DNA of 38,830 nt from a virus (lineage: Duplodnaviria > Caudoviricetes). This document shows, in pieces, positions 35,413 through 38,830 of this stretch. Position numbers and translations under genes: made by a program. The notes under the pieces were generated by a model. It worked only from the letters and a program-made list of their open reading frames with translations. It was not told the DNA's origin and ran no database searches. Each line of letters starts with the position of its first letter. Within the stretch, counting starts at the first letter, position 1. Location of the stretch: positions 1-38,830 of IMG/VR virus record IMGVR_UViG_3300033067_000803, one strand, 5' to 3'.

Positions 35413-35441
35413 TTGCATTGGTTGATACAATCATATAATAT
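35413..35441 (+). promoter_or_regulatory. Rightward sigma70-like promoter with operator in the spacer
   Basis: TTGCAT-N17-TAATAT (overlapping TATAAT at 35434); TGGTTGATACAATCA at 35419-35433. Confidence 0.6.
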
Positions 35442-35473
35442 AGGCCACATCAAGAGAAAACGAGGTGATCAAA

Positions 35474-35740
35474 ATGGCAAGACCTAGAAGAAACAAACAT
35501 GAGTCAAGGCACAATAAAGACGCCATTAACAAGATCCGCGTTGGATGCGCCATTGACTTGGACACTTACGAAAGTATGTTGCAGGCATCACGCAACGCCC
35601 ACGACACGCAGACGGAGTGGTTACGGAAAACAATTTACTCGGCATGCTGGGACGTTGTTCCGGATTCCGACATTGTTGAACAAGTAAACAAAATCAGAAA
35701 GGAAAGAGGGATTGATGAAAAAGGTAGCGACTCAAATTGA
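35474..35740 (+). CDS. Putative ribbon-helix-helix regulator
   Basis: IRVGCAIDLDTYESM...TQTEWLRKTI; SD GAGGTG. Confidence 0.6.
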   Translation: MARPRRNKHESRHNKDAINKIRVGCAIDLDTYESMLQASRNAHDTQTEWLRKTIYSACWDVVPDSDIVEQVNKIRKERGIDEKGSDSN

Positions 35741-35837
35741 CATCAACACATATAAGAAATTAGCCACGAAGGCAAAGCGAATGAACATGAGCATTCAAGA
35801 GCTCATTGTAGAGATCATCAAAAAGAAGGCTGGCTGA
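35715..35837 (+). CDS. CopG/Arc-like ribbon-helix-helix protein (40 aa, not in ORF track)
   Basis: MKKVATQIDINTYKKLATKAKRMNMSIQELIVEIIKKKAG. Confidence 0.7.
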   Translation: MKKVATQIDINTYKKLATKAKRMNMSIQELIVEIIKKKAG

Positions 35838-35848
35838 TTTTTTTTGGA

Positions 35849-35873
35849 TAGTTTGGTTGATACAATCAAACTA
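35849..35873. promoter_or_regulatory. Operator-like inverted repeat
   Basis: TAGTTTGGTTG-ATA-CAATCAAACTA (1 mismatch); 15-bp core identical to 35419-35433. Confidence 0.6.
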
Positions 35874-35935
35874 AGTTGAGGTGAGAGAACAACACGAACG
35901 GGGGCCGCGCATCCGTAAACACGCGAAGGAGATTT

Positions 35936-36109
35936 ATGAGCAAACAAGAGGCACAGAGCAAATACAACGACTTGAACGCCCAGGCGATTCAGGCACTTAA
36001 AAGAATGTCTGCCGCTGTTGATCGTAAAGACCATGCGGCTGTCGAATCCGAGGATATTGAGATTCAACGCCTGCTCGGTGAAATGCTGTCCACGTTGAGG
36101 GCGATGTAA
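35936..36109 (+). CDS. Hypothetical protein (57 aa, not in ORF track)
   Basis: SD AAGGAG; MSKQEAQSKYNDLNAQAIQALKRM...LSTLRAM. Confidence 0.7.
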   Translation: MSKQEAQSKYNDLNAQAIQALKRMSAAVDRKDHAAVESEDIEIQRLLGEMLSTLRAM

Positions 36110-36220
36110 TGGCGACCGTGATTGTACATGACGATCCTGTTGTTGCGATGCTGGCCGGATGGCTGGTTGATCATGTTGAGTCATGCCTCAAGTTCGATTT
36201 CAAAAAAGGAGTGAGAAAAA

Positions 36221-36370
36221 ATGAAAAGACACAGACAGAAACGGGCGCAGCGTCCAATGAAGGCGGCGCGAGATTGGTGGTTCCGGTACACGTATCAAGT
36301 GCGCTTGTATCAGTTTGAAATGATGCAGTACATGGCTCGCCTGACGCACTACGGCCAAGGCCGAATCTAA
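36221..36370 (+). CDS. Small basic hypothetical protein (49 aa, not in ORF track)
   Basis: SD AAGGAG; MKRHRQKRAQRPMKAARDWWFRY...; overlaps the listed 36109..36318 ORF. Confidence 0.45.
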   Translation: MKRHRQKRAQRPMKAARDWWFRYTYQVRLYQFEMMQYMARLTHYGQGRI

Positions 36371-36380
36371 GGAGGTGAAA

Positions 36381-36593
36381 ATGGATAAGACAATCACGCT
36401 GAATGAAACACAAGTCAAGCTGATTCAAGAGTTCCAGGCTGCAAACGAAGAGTTGAAAAAAACACGAGAGACAGGGCCGGAGAATAGCGATGAAGGATAT
36501 CTCGCATGGTCTAACAAGATGTGCGACTTGCATAACGCACGTGAACGTGCGGCCTGTGTCTTCGCGGAAAGCGTAGCGGAGGTTTTGAAATGA
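36381..36593 (+). CDS. Hypothetical protein
   Basis: Perfect SD TAAGGAGGTG. Confidence 0.75.
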   Translation: MDKTITLNETQVKLIQEFQAANEELKKTRETGPENSDEGYLAWSNKMCDLHNARERAACVFAESVAEVLK

Positions 36594-36744
36594 GACGCTG
36601 CTATGCGATATGGAGGCAAGGATTGATGACGGGATTTCTTGCAGGTGCAATCTTCGGAATGGCCCTCGTGTATCTGATGTGCAACGGAGGAAGTTGGTAA
36701 ACAGGCGTTCCACGGGTGTGGGATGCGAACAAGGGAGAAGGAAC

Positions 36745-36891
36745 ATGGCAAAGACAGACAAGCTAAAAGAGCGCGTCCACCTTTCGATGACGGAGACGGA
36801 TTATAACGAGGTCTTGCGCACCGCTGAAAAGAACGGTCGCAACATCCAGCAGGAAATCCGTTACCGCATCCGCAGAGGCCGCGACAAGTAG
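36745..36891 (+). CDS. Arc-like ribbon-helix-helix protein
   Basis: RVHLSMTETDYNEVLRTAEKNGRNIQQEIRYRI matches the Arc pattern (A..NGRS...EI). Confidence 0.75.
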   Translation: MAKTDKLKERVHLSMTETDYNEVLRTAEKNGRNIQQEIRYRIRRGRDK

Positions 36892-36928
36892 TTTTGCGTC
36901 TTCGCAGAAGTCAAAGGAGAAAAGACGG

Positions 36929-37072
36929 ATGAAGACTATGACCAATGGGATAGAGGTACGGCGCGTCAGTAATGAAGATGCTCCTGCCCTCTCACAAAAA
37001 GGGTGGAGCTACTGCCCTAAAAAAGTGTGGAAGCGCAAAGTTCGCGACCATAAGGAGGTAAAGCATGGCTAG
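36929..37072 (+). CDS. Hypothetical protein (47 aa, not in ORF track)
   Basis: SD AAGGAG; MKTMTNGIEVRRVSNEDA...GWSYCPKKVWK. Confidence 0.6.
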   Translation: MKTMTNGIEVRRVSNEDAPALSQKGWSYCPKKVWKRKVRDHKEVKHG

Positions 37073-38111
37073 GGAACTGTTGACAGCCAGCCGCATGACA
37101 ACCTTGCTGACGTGTCCGCGTAAACATTACTACCGCTATGAACTCGGACTGGTCCCCGTGAAGCACGCGCTTGCGCTGCGTTTCGGGAGCGCCTTCCACA
37201 AGGCCATGGAGCAGCGCTGGAAGGGTGCTACATTCGAGGAGGCCCTGAAAGCCGCGTTGGAGACCGCCGAAGCCTTCGAGGAACTTGACGCGGCGATACT
37301 GGCCGGACTTCTGGCCGGCTATTATGCGCGCTATGCCGTAGAAGCGGAATGCGTAGCGTCCCTCCAGCCCGAGACGTCATTCCGTTATGCGCTGAAGGGG
37401 AGTCTGACCTTCAACGTGTGCGGAATGATTGACGGACTCGGCGTGCTGAAAACCGGATGGCTCTGCCTGCTGGAACATAAGACCACAGGCGAGGATATTT
37501 CCCCCGCGAGCGATTACTGGCTGCGCCTGCGGTTCAATCCCCAGATTTACCAGTATGTCCATGCGGCGCGTCACCTCGGCCATAACGTGGTAAAGATCAT
37601 CTATGACGTGACCCGTAAGCCGGCGATCCGTCCGCGCGAAACGCTTCCGGCCCTGGACGCCGACGGCCTGAAGCAGGTCATTGACGCTTCCGGCAACCGC
37701 GTCTTCAAGAAGGACGGCGCACCCAAGCAGAGCGCGGACAGCGCCAAGGGGGAAACACTCCTGACAGCCAGCGAGACGCCCGAGCAGTTCGCGGACCGCC
37801 TCGCGGCTGACACGCTGGCGCGTCCCGAGTTCTACTTCGGCCGTCGCGAGGTGGCCGTGCTGGATGAGGATCTCAACCAGTTCGCCGAACAGCGTCTGAA
37901 CCTCGGCAAGCTGATCCTTCATTTCAGAGCTACCGCACGTCTGCTGAAAGCGCCCGAGTGGGCGTGGCCTCGCGCCTGCAGCGGCATGACTTGCCAGTCG
38001 TGCGAATATTCTGGATTCTGCCTTGCTAACGTGAGCGTTGATGTGAATCAGCCTCCAGCAGGTTTCAAGGCCGGAGTCTTCAACCCTGAACTTCAATCAG
38101 CAACGGAGTAA
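37065..38111 (+). CDS. Cas4/RecB-like PD-(D/E)XK exonuclease
   Basis: TASR...CPRK, FGSAFH, GMID, EHKT, Q..QY and a C-terminal Cys cluster. Confidence 0.88.
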   Translation: MARELLTASRMTTLLTCPRKHYYRYELGLVPVKHALALRFGSAFHKAMEQRWKGATFEEALKAALETAEAFEELDAAILAGLLAGYYARYAVEAECVASLQPETSFRYALKGSLTFNVCGMIDGLGVLKTGWLCLLEHKTTGEDISPASDYWLRLRFNPQIYQYVHAARHLGHNVVKIIYDVTRKPAIRPRETLPALDADGLKQVIDASGNRVFKKDGAPKQSADSAKGETLLTASETPEQFADRLAADTLARPEFYFGRREVAVLDEDLNQFAEQRLNLGKLILHFRATARLLKAPEWAWPRACSGMTCQSCEYSGFCLANVSVDVNQPPAGFKAGVFNPELQSATE

Positions 38112-38114
38112 ACC

Positions 38115-38830
38115 ATGACACAAACACCACCTATGAGAAAGCTTCCGGCGGCTGTAAAATTGCCGGATCAACCGCAGACACAGACTAAGCCGAACGGTGT
38201 AACCTTCGGAAAGATTCAGAAATGCACAGCAGGACACCGTATCGTTGTCTACGGCCCAGGCGGCATCGGCAAGACTACGCTCTGCTGCGCTATGCCTGGT
38301 CCTGTGGCCTTCTTCGACTTGGACGAAAGCTTGGACAAGCTTCTCCCGAGTCTCGAGGAACGCGGTATCGCGGATAACGTTGTTCCTGTTCAGGGAATCA
38401 AGGATTGGCAGGGACTGCGCGACGCGCTTCACGGAAGCGGATGGGACGGGATCAAGACCATCATCATTGATACCGCAACCAAGGCCGAAGAAATGGCACT
38501 GGCGTGGATGTATGCCAATATCAAATCCAACGGTGCACCTTGCACTCGCCTTGAGGATTACGGGTACAAGTCCGGATACCGTCACCTGTTCGACACGTAC
38601 AGCCTCCTGCTGGCAGACCTGGACGTACACGCCCGCGCAGGCCGTAATGTGGTGCTGATTTGCCACGACTGCTCGGCAAAGGTTCCGAATCCGCAGGGAC
38701 AGGACTGGATTCGTTACGAGCCTCGCCTCGCGCAGGATGACAAGTATTGCCAGCTCCGTTTCCGCGCAAAGGAATGGGCAGACCACGTGCTCGCCATGAT
38801 TTATGACGTGAACGTGGACAAGACTGGGAA
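38115..38830 (+). CDS. AAA_24/Sak4-like ATPase (runs off the window; not in ORF track)
   Basis: RIVVYGPGGIGKTT Walker A, TIIIDT Walker B, DYGY..GY, VVLICH, RYEPRL, EWADHV. Confidence 0.88.
   Translation, partial: MTQTPPMRKLPAAVKLPDQPQTQTKPNGVTFGKIQKCTAGHRIVVYGPGGIGKTTLCCAMPGPVAFFDLDESLDKLLPSLEERGIADNVVPVQGIKDWQGLRDALHGSGWDGIKTIIIDTATKAEEMALAWMYANIKSNGAPCTRLEDYGYKSGYRHLFDTYSLLLADLDVHARAGRNVVLICHDCSAKVPNPQGQDWIRYEPRLAQDDKYCQLRFRAKEWADHVLAMIYDVNVDKTG

Larger units (their letters stand above)
1..38830. mobile_element. Near-complete temperate siphovirus genome, circularly permuted, excised form
   Basis: Full set of replication, packaging, head, non-contractile tail (no sheath seen), lysis-like and integration modules. 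The AAA gene is split across the two window ends. No host genes seen. Confidence 0.93.

Noticed and set aside
37065-38111. Cas4-like gene as a sign of CRISPR-Cas
   Set aside because: No repeat-spacer array or other cas genes seen; its context (AAA ATPase, SSB-like) is a standard phage recombination module.

Overview
The window looks like an almost complete, circularly permuted ~38.8 kb temperate siphovirus genome in its excised (attP-intact) form. An AAA ATPase gene runs off the right end and its C-terminus reappears at position 1. Gene order on the + strand: recombination/replication (Cas4-like nuclease, AAA ATPase, SSB-like, ParB-like, SF2 helicase, DndC/PAPS-reductase-like, ASCH, primase, short initiator plus putative origin), packaging and head (TerS, PBSX-type TerL, portal, scaffold, capsid, MuF-toxin fusion), tail, a DNA methyltransferase, a cluster of signal-peptide-bearing fibre-like genes with a minimal exosortase-like gene in its middle, and holin/lipoprotein genes. 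A leftward lysogeny block holds a large serine recombinase and an HsdR_N nuclease, followed by several ribbon-helix-helix regulators. Main leads: (1) a phage-encoded mini-exosortase among secreted, Thr-Asn-rich putative virion proteins; (2) a tRNA-3'-end attP inside the integrase gene that would swap its C-terminus on integration; (3) a 5-copy late-promoter-like motif predicting leaderless mRNAs; (4) a 19-bp palindrome (parS-like) repeated inside parB and elsewhere; (5) a MuF-kinase-ADP-ribosyltransferase fusion. The host is inferred, not shown, to be a PVC bacterium (Kiritimatiellae/Verrucomicrobia-like). All family calls come from reading motifs by eye; no database search was run.
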